This document shows, piece after piece, positions 39,367 through 51,700 of a stretch of DNA of 64,000 nt. The stretch's first letter is position 1; each line of letters opens with the position of its first letter. The notes below the pieces were generated by a model that did no database searches, was not told where the DNA came from, and worked only from the letters and a program-made list of their open reading frames with translations. Made by a program: the position numbers and the translations under genes. The stretch comes from Dimorphilus gyrociliatus (taxonomy: Eukaryota; Animalia; Annelida): NCBI GenBank assembly GCA_904063045.1, contig CAJFCJ010000002.1, positions 2,224,161-2,288,160 on the forward strand, in the 5' to 3' direction.

Positions 39367-42300
39367 TTATGTAGAAAATACACTTTCTTTCCTGCCTGCA
39401 GGAAGATAAGAGGAACTGCTACTTATATCAGAATTATCAGAGTCACTAGTGGTAAAGTCTGTTTCGCTGTTTTCACACGAACATCCATCGCTATATGAGG
39501 TATCTATAGTCATTTCAATCTGAAAATTGAATAGAATTACTTACAATCAGTTTGATATGAATGCAATATACTAGCCTTTTCTACAATAGAATCTAGTAGA
39601 ACAAACGATTGCTCATTATTGGATCTAGTTTGATCAGTATTGATTTTATCCTGAAGGAAAAATAGCATATAAATTTCAATAATGTATAAATTGCTTTTAA
39701 TGAAAATTAGCCTTACATTATCATCTGAAATTGTTGTTTTGCTACATTCTTCGTAGTGTTTTTCAATAACTTGTAATTCCGCTGCTGGTGGTGTCTTTTC
39801 TTCGTATTTGAATGGTCGAAACCATTTTTTGAAATATTTCCGAAAGCATGAAACCCTATGAAAGTTAATTTAAATATTTATCACTGAAATTGATTATTAC
39901 TTTTCTGACCCTATTATAAGTAAGATAACTGCAACGATTCCACAGACTAAAAAGATAATAAGTAGTATTTTGCTGGTATCTGTTATATTATTATAAAGAG
40001 TAATCAATTTTAATCATTCATTTATAAATAATAGTAATTTAAAAATAACCAACCAGGTATACAAAAGTCTGATGAATTTGAAGGTTGACTTTCTTTTGAA
40101 ACATATTCTACACCATTCAGATCTCTATTTACAGTAGTAATATAAGCTTTTACATTTACTAATTTCTTAGTACAATCCAATGCAATAGATGAAACACGAT
40201 TTGTAACTTGGTCGGTTAGATTAAAGTCTTTACCGCGCAAAGTAACGTTATAATCTATAAGATAAGAAAATTATACAATTATTATAAAAATTGTGACTAT
40301 TTATCATAGATATTACAAAAAATTATTCCATTTTTTATAGATGGTTCTTGCCATTTAACTACAGCTATTGAAGAATCATCATTGTCATCCTCTAATGTTA
40401 CTTGGCCGTGTGATAATTGTTCAGCAGCTAAAAATATAAGGTGAAAATCTAAAGATAGACAAAAGTTAAGTCACCTCTTTACCTCTCATTGCAGTGAAAA
40501 AATAGAAAGTTTTTGACCAAGGAGATTCTCCTTTTGCATTTATTGATCTAACTTTTACTGAATAATTTGTATATCCTTCGAGTTCATCTAATATATAACT
40601 GTCGTTAAGGTTATACCGAAAAACTTTTATCTTACTCCATTCATTATCGTTTTTATTCTTTTTCTGTTAAGATTTAATATTATTGATAACTTTCTATGGT
40701 TTTGTTGGAAATTATTCGTTTTACTTACTGCCAGTGAAATTTCATGAGATATAATTCTACCATTAGGATATTCAGTTTCAGAAAAATCTATTATTACTGA
40801 CGTTGATGTAAGATTTAAGGCTGTAATGTTAGTAGGTGGAGTTTCAGGTATATTTTCATTCGTTACTTCTTTGTAAACAATTGACGATTTAGTTTGTAGT
40901 TTCTTCTTTGTAATCGCCGTTACTACTATTTCATATTCTACATGTGAATCAAGATCTTCTAATTTAAATACATCATTGTTCGAATAAGATTGAAAAGTTT
41001 CATCTGAAAAACAAAAGAAAGACAAAACAACGATTTGAAACCTAATTCAAAGATAATGGTACTACTAACTCTTCCAAGTCTCTCCATCATTTTTTGATCG
41101 ATATTCAAACATAACTTCATTAACAAAGCCATAGTTTTCTTTACATTCTCGGTTCAATTTAAAAGTTAAACTGCTTGATGTTTTGTCAATTAGTGTTATT
41201 TCAGGGATATCTGGTACTAATAAATAAAAATATTAACGTTGAAATTACAACTAAGGAAAAGTAAATTATACATTTATATATTTAAATTGCAATTACCTCT
41301 TCCTTCAGTAAAAATACATATCCAATCGCTTATACCCGATTCTAAACTTCCGAATGAGTATTTTAAAGCGTATTTATACATAAGATTTCGAGATAAAGTT
41401 AAATTAAATGAATTATCTCCACTTTTCACAAATTCCGTATGTTCTATAATTGATCCTTCCTATTAATTATCACTTTGTTAATTATTCCGTCAATTGTTTA
41501 GAAGTTTTATCTATTCTTTTACATTTGTCTTCCTGTTGGGATTGTTACGATATGGTACTCACCGAGCAAGAAGTAGATAAACAATATAAAAGTGTAACAT
41601 TCATATCCCTTTCCTCACTATTTTCTGTATTCCATGAAAATTTGATGACGTCAGAACTAGGGTTTTGTCTTTCACCGTATAAACCATTCAAATCTCTGCC
41701 TACTGTTTGAGTTTTTATGAAAAAGATGTGATAAGTTTGTTTCGAAGTACTATTAAACATAATATAATAAACAAACGTTCTGAGGGTTTGGGAAGAATAG
41801 CAGTATAATCCGGAGAAGATCCTTCTTCGTTCGTTGCCGATAATGTTAGATTATAAACATTTTCGGTTTGAATAGCGAAACTTGAAGGGATAATGAAAAG
41901 AGAAAGGTTTAAATTAAATGAGAAAAACTGAGTGAAAGAGAATGGAAGGGATGATTGGAAAGAGAATGAGAAATTACCAATGTTTCCTGCTTGAGTCTTC
42001 GATAGATTTGTAAGGTTGATGCGGAGTTTCTAGAATTGTTGTAAAATATCGAAATTCACCATTAAGATTAATTAATGGAATATCTCTAATAAAGATGCAC
42101 AATTCACAATTTTTATAACAAGGCGATTGATATCTATAGCCAATTATTGAAGGTGGAAACGAAGGATCTGAAGAATTACAGATAGTAATAAAACCTAATT
42201 TCTTAAAAGTATATATTAAATATAGCTTACTTAATGGTGGAGTTTGAAAATACTTCATGTTTGAACGATCAGACCAATATATACTGTTTGGCAGCTTACT

Positions 42301-43889
42301 CGATACTACTATACTATAGTTACAAGCAGGCTGTAAATTATGTAATGAAACCAGCTGTTGAACCTGCGTTGTTGAAACGGTTACGACCTGAAAATAAAAA
42401 AGAAGTTATAGGCGTTATAAATAATATAATATGAAAAAGATTTTTTACTTTCGTTCTGCAAATGTGTCTTTTCTCATGCGCGATGTCTAAATGAAATGAG
42501 AATAAGACAGTATTAAACCGATTCTCACTCTTAGGCTCCAAATCTACTACAACTGTTGTACCACTTTGAACGATTACGTTTTTAATTTCATTTGAAGGAA
42601 GCTTTTCTAAATAATCAATAATGCTATTAGAATTTCGTAACTTTTATGGGAAGCAATAAAAATTTAACCTCTTGAACCATCGTTTACAAAGAGATGTCGA
42701 AAGTTATATGATTTAATATTTCCATATAAATAATAGGTCATTGATACACGAATGTAATAATTTTGTGCATTTGAAGCAAATGTACAAGATAGACTTTGAT
42801 TATCAGAGTTGCATTGTCTATAAGTAGCCTCTTTTCCAAAAAATCCGTATTGCCTTTAAGAAGAAGACGTGCAAGCAATTTTTAAGTAAAACCAAAAGAT
42901 TAGAATTAATTACGCTTTGTAAGATATATTTATATCTCGTTCTTTAGGTTGTTTTCTTGATTCACACGACGAATTTGGTACAGAGCAGGTTATATATAAA
43001 ATATTGTATTTGATGCATTCGAGCTTTGGTTCAGGGGTACAATAAACAATTACCTATCAATTGAAGAAAAGAAATAGATTTTATATTGTAAATATGAATG
43101 AAAATATAAAATAAGGTATTAATATTACACTGTCAGAACGAAATTCATCTGGTTTACTTCTTATATAGCATTTGTAAACGGTTGAATCTCCATAATCTGA
43201 ACTATTTTTGTAATATTCCACTTGATATTGATTTTTTATTTCTGTTGTCAATATTTCATTCTTGTTTGTTCTTATATTTTAATGAAAAAGAAAGGAATAT
43301 ATATATATATATATATATATACTGTATATTGTAGTATATACCTATTGAGTGCAAGATCTTCTGCCGTAAATGAATCTAATTTCTTAATTAACTCACAAGT
43401 GATATTTAGCGGTTCGCCATGGAAGATATGCTTTGGATTCAGAATTAATGCTGTTTAAACGGATAAAAGAGATATTATATGCAGTTTATTTGCTTGTATA
43501 GAAAAATAATGAGTGTAGCATATACAGTATATACCTTTAGATGCATTCTGTTTATACTGTATAGAAAGTTAACCCGTAGTTATATTTTTTTATATATTGC
43601 GTACAAGTATTTTATGAAAGTATTTGTAAGAAAGAGTAAATTAGTATTGCATTCAGACTATCACAATAGTAATATTGCTAATTAGGTCATCAATTATTAG
43701 ATTATAATACTCAATGTGATGGAGTTCAGCAGAAGTTTTACCTTTCTTATTTAAAGGTTACTTGATAATAAACGTGATAATAAATAAATATTTACATGTA
43801 TCAAAATATTTAGATGGGTGAACGAAGAAAAATGCTTCAAAAAGCTTGATAAAATGGCTAAAAGTTAGGACTATCCGTACAATATGCAT
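39367..43889 (-). CDS. Type I cytokine-receptor-like protein C (Ig + CBM + about 5 FN3 + TM + short tail); first and last exons approximate
   Basis: Ig IFHGEPLNITCEL; Cys pairs LECIKYNILYITC and YRQCNSDNQSLSC; IYWSDRS; FN3 ETPPTNITAL, GYTNYSVKVRSINAKGESPWS; TM ILLIIFLVCGIVAVILLII; no catalytic domain seen in the tail. Confidence 0.7.
41283..42165. repeat. 883-bp direct repeat, copy 1 (4 exons + 3 introns of receptor C)
   Basis: Matches 45884-46766 at constant offset 4601 with no indels; 5 substitutions counted by eye. Confidence 0.97.
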
Positions 43890-44835
43890 TTCGTTCTTTC
43901 GTCTTTTTCTTAATAATTCGGTTTATAAATTCTTTTGCCTATAATAGTTAAAATATATATAAAATTATTCAACAAATAGACTATATACGTTGTTAGAGAA
44001 GAAAAAGGTATTAGTTTAATATAAAAAGGGTCAAAAAAAGAAAGATAAAAGTCGCTTAAAAAAACCTACTTGAAAAAAAAATATAAAACGTCAAAGAAAT
44101 GAAACAATTTTTAATATTTACTGTTAAATAATGCAGGTGAATTTCATCGTAGATAGGTCGAAAACTAAGAGTTATAGAAAAAATATTTTGTATCAGATAT
44201 GTGCTTGTTATCAAAGATTTATCATATAAAAGTACATCCAGGAATAAAAGACCAATACGCGTAATACTGATTATATTTATATTTAAATGAATTATGACAT
44301 TCAAAGTTTTTCAATGCCTTTATCTGTTGATAGTTTACTTATGAATATATACAGTATATCTATGAATTACTACATCTAATAACTATTGACTAAATTAATG
44401 AATGAATGAATGAAATAAGGAAACTGTACCATAGCTAATTAACTTTTCGTTTTTCTTAATTTTATAAGATAAAACTATGTTTTTATATTTGTTCTTTTAT
44501 GGTTCGTGAACTCCTCATATTGAATATTAACAATGTTTTTGTACTAACTACTCTTCAGCTGCCTTTGAAAAAGATATCTATTATATTTGAATAGGTGGCG
44601 CTGAATTTAGAAATTAGTATTGAAAGATATGTACTAATATTTATGATTTATTATATATTACGTAGGGAATATAATTTATATTTGTACATTTATTTTTGAA
44701 ACAAATATTTATAATTAACAAAAAAAGCAAAAGAATGAATAAACATCTTATACTGTTCATTATTATTACATGTATTTTAATATTCAACTTTTATCCATCT
44801 TTTAATGTCGCTATCGAATTAATAAAGTTTTTCAA

Positions 44836-47800
44836 TTAAGTAAAATCATTTCCGCTATCTTGAGTTTGTGTTTCTTCTCTGTAAGAGAATGAGTCGCTTG
44901 AGGATGAACTATTACAAGTTTGGTATAAATAGTCCATATGGATACCGCTTGTATTATTTTCACTTTTTCTGAAAATTACATCTTCATATAAAATTTGTTC
45001 GTATAAATGTGTTGTTTTATTGGGCTGCTCATAATTATTAAGACTATTTCCGTCGTAACCGATATCCGTACTTGGACTTTTGACAGATTTTCCAGACCTC
45101 TGCAATTAAAACAGTTATTTTTAACATAACAAATGAAAAATATACAAAAATTCCACTACAAACAGGCATAATAGGCGGAATGTATAGTTTTTTGGCGAAT
45201 CTCACCAAAAGATATATTAATAATCTAAAAAAATGAATAATTATAAAATTAATTTCTTAATTAAATGATAAGAATATTACTTACGCTGAAGTTATAATAG
45301 ATAAAACAACGACAGTAATAACTATTCCATTAATTGGATAGTTATATTCTCTTGTTTTTATCGAACTTGAATATGTCTTAGAAGTAGTACTTGAATTGGC
45401 TATAACAAGTACACTGATGTCCGTTGAAGGTGGCAGATTTTTTATCATATAATACTTTGTTTTGAGAGGTAAACTTATAGCTTGAAGAAAAGGAGAGAAA
45501 ACGGTATTTTAAACAAATTTTTAGGTAATTGGTATATTTTAATTTAAATAACTTACACCTAAAAACTGATTTGTAGGAATATCTCAAATTTAGATGAATG
45601 ATGCGACTATTTTTTCCATTGCATTGATGCTGTTGGCCTAAAGAAACATTCAGCGACTTGTTTCCGGGCGATAACTTTAATTTTATTCCCGGATCTGAAA
45701 TTAAATCCAGCTTGTAGTTTTCTCTACAAAATGTATGTATATTTTATGTGTGGGTGGATGAATATAGACTCTACTTATCTAAAACTCTCTATTATGAGTT
45801 AATGAACCTTACATCTAAATTCTTGCAGTCTTAATGAATATGAAGATGAATAATACATAAATTATCTACAGTATATATATATCTAAATTGCAATTACCTT
45901 CTCCTTCAGTAAAAATACATATCCAATCGCTTATACCCGATTCTAAACTTCCGAATGAGTATTTTAAAGCGTATTTATACATAAGATTTCGAGATAAAGT
46001 TAAATTAAATGAATTATCTCCACTTTTCACAAATTCCGTATGTTCTATAATTGATCCTTCCTATTAATTATCACTTTGTTAATTATTCCGTCAATTGTTT
46101 AGAAGTTTTATCTATTCTTTTACATTTGTCTTCCTGTTGGGATTGTTACGATATGGTACTCACCGAGCAAGAAGTAGATAAACAATATAAAAGTGTAACA
46201 TTCATATCCCTTTCCTCACTATTTTCTGTATTCCATGAAAATTTGATGACGTCAGAACTAGGGTTTTGTCTTTCACCGTATAAACCATTCAAATCTCTGC
46301 CTACTGTTTGAGTTTTTATGAAAAAGATGTGATAAGTTTGTTTCGAAGTACTATTAAACATAATATGATAAACAAACGTTCTGAGGGTTTGGGAAGAATA
46401 GCAGTATAATCCGGAGAAGATCCTTCTTCGTTCGTTGCCGATAATGTTAGATTATAAACATTTTCGGTTTGAATAGCGAAACTTGAAGGGATAATGAAAA
46501 GAGAAAGGTTTAAATTAAATGAGAAAAACTGAGTGAAAGAGAATGGAAGGGATGATTGGAAAGAGAATGAGCAATTACCAATGTTTCCTGCTTGGGTCTT
46601 CGATAGATTTGTAAGGTTGATGCGGAGTTTCTAGAATTGTTGTAAAATATCGAAATTCACCATTAAGATTAATTAATGGAATATCTCTAATAAAGATGCA
46701 CAATTCACAATTTTTATAACAAGGCGATTGATATCTATAGCCAATTATTGAAGGTGGAAACGAAGGTTCTATGAAAAAAAATTGATTAAATGATAAATAA
46801 CGAATAAAAGACCAGTTAATGGAATATATATTTACGAGATGGTAAAGTTGTAATATATTTTTTATTCAATTTTTCTGACCAATATCTGCTCTCTGTTAAC
46901 CGTCTACGAATATTTACCGAATAGTTAACATTTGATATGAGATTGTCAAATGTGAACAATTGTGGTTCATTATATGTCATAGTCTGTAAAGAAGAAATAT
47001 CTAATTTACCAGCGATAAATTTTCTAATGAAAAAAACCTTATTCTTTGTTATATTGTCATAGAGGGAAGTAACCTGTATTTCTGATGTTACATTAAAAGG
47101 AACGTTTACTGAATTGCATTCTATGTCTAACTTATTAGCTGAAGCAGTAATTTTTTTAATATTTGGTTTTCCAAGAAGAACTAGGAAAGTTTTATTATAA
47201 TCTTTGTTAGTTTAAAGAAATCTTTATTACCCATATCTGGAGCATCTTTAAGATGGAATATCTTTGTCTCAGCATTCGTTTTATGAACATCAGGATAATC
47301 ATAAGTAGCACGAATTTTAATATTATATTGAGATCCAATTAAATAACGTGGATTTTTAATAATAAAGTAATTTTTATTGCCAGTAGCATTCCATTCTCCA
47401 AAGTATGTCGTATCATTTCTTTTTCTTGATACGAACGCATAAAACACAGAATTTTTTAATATGTATAATATTAAAAAATATTTAATAATTTCCTTACGGT
47501 ATATGCCATTGAATATGATATTTTATTTCGGACTTATCCTCCCGACGCTTAACCTCAAGTATATTTATTGAGCAGTTAATATACTTTCTCTCAAAATTGA
47601 AACAAGATAGCATAAACTTCAATTTATAGAGAACATTTATCTATTTCCGTTAATAAAATAAGAAAATGAATGTAATTAGAAAGTATTTGTTAAGTATAAT
47701 TTAAATATATTACTTTTTTCTTATCGTAATAATCGCTATCTTTCGTAAATGAACAATTATAACATCCAGAGTCGTTAACATTAATTGAATTCTTCTCGTA

Positions 47801-48277
47801 GATTATCGTGCTCTCATTATATATTTTAATTGGTAGATCAAAATATCTTTTACTATATTGAATGGAGTATTATTATTAATTATTATTATCTTTATTATTT
47901 TAAATTTCAATGATTTACTTATTAGAAAATTGCAAGTTGAGAAAAGATGAATTGTAACCTTCTTTTAAATGAGTTTTACCTTGTGAGCATAATATTCGTA
48001 ACTTTTCACCTTCTATAAGTGATAGATCATTTGGTTCACCTATTATTTATTTATAATAACTTTTATTATCAATATAATCTATATACAGATATATAAATAT
48101 ATTTGTTTATATCAGATTTAAGGTCAAAGTTAAAGAAAGCGAATTATATAATAGTATAGTAAATTTTTTATCACTAGTCTTTATTATCTACTTACTGAAA
48201 AATGGTGATTTAGAACAAGTCGTTTGTACAATTAAAAGTTGTACAAGAAAATATATGTATAAATCCCATCCGATCAT
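44836..48277 (-). CDS. Type I cytokine-receptor-like protein B (gp130-like layout: Ig + CBM + 3 FN3 + TM + Box1/Tyr tail)
   Basis: Signal MIGWDLYIYFLVQLLIVQTTCS; Ig GEKLRILC...DSGCYNC; LSCFNFERKYINC; RYWSEK; TM GIVITVVVLSIITSALLIYLLV; tail LYIPPIMP...YEQI, YEDV, YLYQ. Confidence 0.75.
45884..46766. repeat. 883-bp direct repeat, copy 2 (in receptor B)
   Basis: Near-identical to 41283-42165, including introns. Confidence 0.97.
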
Positions 48278-48767
48278 CTCGAAATGGTTTGGTGGAAGAA
48301 GTAAAAGACATGGCTGTCTAGTGTTGAGTTACTTTTCCTTTTGTTCTACTGAATGTACGACAATTTTTTTTCATGATGTATCAATAGTTTATTTATAACA
48401 AAAAAAAACACCCGGTATATCAACTACGACAATACAATTACAAAATAAAATGACTAAAATGAAGAGAAGAAAGAGTATTATCCTTTTCTTGTACGTTAAA
48501 TTTTTCCATTGTTTTGTTAGTTAAAGCATTACATATGATTACATATTGTATAAGAAAAGTATGTCTATATAGGCAAACAATGCTCAACCAACAGTTTTTC
48601 AGCAAATGCAATACAGAAATAATATGCTAATCTTTGTTTTTTTTTCCTTTTTCTTATCTTAACAGACATAAAACGCAACTATTCAAGATCTCTTTAAATT
48701 GAAAATAACTATTTTCATTGACAGATTTACCTTTATTAAATAAATAAGGTAATTCCATCTCCGTTTT

Positions 48768-51700
48768 TTATAGGAACTTGAGCAGTGTAAACCTATAACA
48801 AACATGTTCTACAAGTCTACTGTAGAGGAGCAAAAGTAAGAGAAATAAAAACCTTTAAAAATTAAGGAAAACGAATATTTCTGTCTTTTTTTGAGTGTGT
48901 CCTCGTAAAATAGTGAAAGGAAATGTATGTAAAGTTCACCCCTTTTATATTCCAACGTTTGATGTTGTAGGGGGGCCATTCGGTTGCGATTGATTAGAAA
49001 CGGTACACTGTAACGATGAACTGACTGTTACACAAGCATTCGATTCAACAGATGTATAAGAGTTATATTGGGAATAAGAATCCAAATCGAATTGGTAACA
49101 TCCAACGCCCATGCCGAACTAAAATAATAGAAATGGAATCGTTACGATTTCCTTATTACTTAAGGAATTAAAGAGTAAATTGTAATTATACTGACATTCG
49201 CATTTTGAAATAAATCGTTACCCTCTATATTGACCTTATCATTCGGTAAAGCAGGAGAAGGATAGTCTGGTGTTGAATGTGAATCCGCTGTCTATTAAGT
49301 TGACAAATAAGGAAAACTTTGATCATTGAGATTATAAATTGAAGAAAAGAATAATCTATTAACGAACTTGAAATATTTGTCTTGGGACGGTCTACGTTTA
49401 AAGAATACAAAGAATAATCATTAATAGTTGAATAATTTGCTTATTTGAGCTTACTTCAAAGTCAGCATTTATTTTCCTTATTATCATTGCAGTACTTTAA
49501 AATAAATTTTAATATAAATATAAAAATACTTTTCTAAATTTTTGTACAAGAAAAAGGTCTTACAAACCATACAACGAATAGTATCCCAACGGTTGCGGAA
49601 ACTGTAAGCCCAACGATTTTAACGACATTAGTAGTTTCTAATGTTAAGGAAGATAAAAATTTCATATTTGAATAATTAATAGAAATTATTAACAATAGAA
49701 TATCTTATTTACTTGATGTACAAAAATCTACTTGTGTTATATTCGGATTAGGCTTTGAAATAAATTCATAATCACTGAAGTTATAAGTTATTGTTTTGAC
49801 GAAAGCTTGTAAAGCTATGGGTCCATTTTTGCAGTCTATTTTAAATGTGGTTGACGTCTTTGGATAACTAACAGTTTTTGACGATTGATAATTTGGACCA
49901 ATAATTTCAATTTTATACCCTAAATAAGTTTCATTAATTAAATTCAGTAATACAATTTAGTATACTGTTATTGAATTATTCGTAATTAATATAGTTAAAT
50001 ACCCCTAATTGGCCCATTTGAAAATTTTGGTTCATTCCATTCGACTAAAGCTTTGTTATCGTTTCCCGAATGTAACCTTAATTTAACAATACCCGCTTCA
50101 AGAGGTCTCGCAGCTGACAAAATAATTTAATCAACAATATGAAATTATATTAAAGTATTGAAAATTTTCGTAAACTTACCTGAAATTCCAGTATGAAATG
50201 TTAATAATTTTGAATAATTTGAATATTCAGCGTCGTTTTTAACTCTAATAGCTAATGAATAATTTGTATAACCAATAAGATTATTAATTTCCAGAGTCGA
50301 ATCATCGATTGTTTTATTATTAAAGACGATAATTAAAGGTTTTACTTCTTTATCTAAATACTTTTTTCAATATAAAAACAATAATTAACTACTATTCAAT
50401 TAATAAAAAACTCTTTTTCTTACCAAAATCTTTACTTCATAGCCGATAAATTGTCCATAAATTCGTTTAGGCGGATCAAATTTAACTGTAATCGAATTAG
50501 CATTTAGATTAACTATTGTAATATTATCAGGTGGTCCTTCCGGTGTAGCTGAGTCAGTTGTAACTAATAATTCATTAGAAAATACTCCAAATCCAGAATC
50601 AGATTTAGCTTGAATATGAATTGAATAATTTGTAAATGGTGTTAAATTGTTGAATGTAAAATTTGTATAAGAACTTGAAAGAGTAACATTAAGATCTAAA
50701 ATTATAGGTAATTAATTAAGGTTAAAACAATTATTAATAAAAACAATATTAACCTTTTATATCGTTTACTGTACGCAAATAAATAAAATACTTGACTGGC
50801 CGACTATTCTTTGAATTACATTTAGGTTTCTCCCATATTATAGTTAAACTATGTTCAGTGCTATCTAGTAAGCTTATATCCGGTGTAATAGGAACTGTTG
50901 ATTTGTATTATTATTAATATTCCTTTATCAGAATAGTAAATTGTCCCTAAAAACAAACCAGCATTTTCTCGATAAATACAAATCCAATCTGTCATTGATA
51001 CCACTTTTCCTTTAATTTGATAGTTAAGTGCCACTAGGTAATGTACACTTCTATTTGGCTTTCTCCAAATGTATGGTGAAGTCTGATCGCTAATATCTTG
51101 GTATTCAACAAAGTTCTTTTGAAAAACACATATGTTTAGTTACTTCATTTGAAATGATTCCATCTAATGTTTTGCATTACCTTACATCCAGTCACGCTTG
51201 ATATGCCTTTGCAGTAGATCAAGAGAATCTTGTCAGGTTTTTGCTGATAAGTCCAAGAAATCTTTACTTTAGTCTCATTCTTTAAGAAATCAGCTTCGAT
51301 CTTTAAAGGGGGTAATACTGTAGGATTAACAGTGCTTATAGCTAGTATCAATAAAACTTTTATTTTACGTAGTTGTTTGAAAGTTAGTATAAAAATTATA
51401 TTTGTAGCCTAATTATGAAAAAAGAGGCTATTATTTCCATACTAGTTTCATAAAACTTTCCGTATTGAATGTTGACAATAAAACAATAGTATAGTTTATG
51501 AAGGAGGAGAAGATTTAACTTACTTTCCTTATTAATCGGTATGAAAAGTTCATTAATAGGGGATTTTCCAATGTCATTTTCACACCAAATATCAATTTTA
51601 TGACTAAATCGTTCATCTATTGAAAATCTAAAAAAAAATATTAAATAAATTAATTGAAAAAATGTATATAGTTCTTTATAAGTTAAAAGATGAAAAAACG

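Noticed and set aside
45690-45730. Apparent frameshift or premature stop in receptor B (possible soluble isoform) when using the acceptor tttgtag at about 45724
   Set aside because: A stronger acceptor about 30 nt downstream (ttaatttcag|AT CCG GGA) is phase 1 and restores the frame (DPGIKL), so no lesion is needed.
41450-46311. Identical 86-aa plus-strand ORFs at 41450-41710 and 46051-46311
   Set aside because: They are antisense shadows of the duplicated receptor exons, identical only because the DNA is duplicated.
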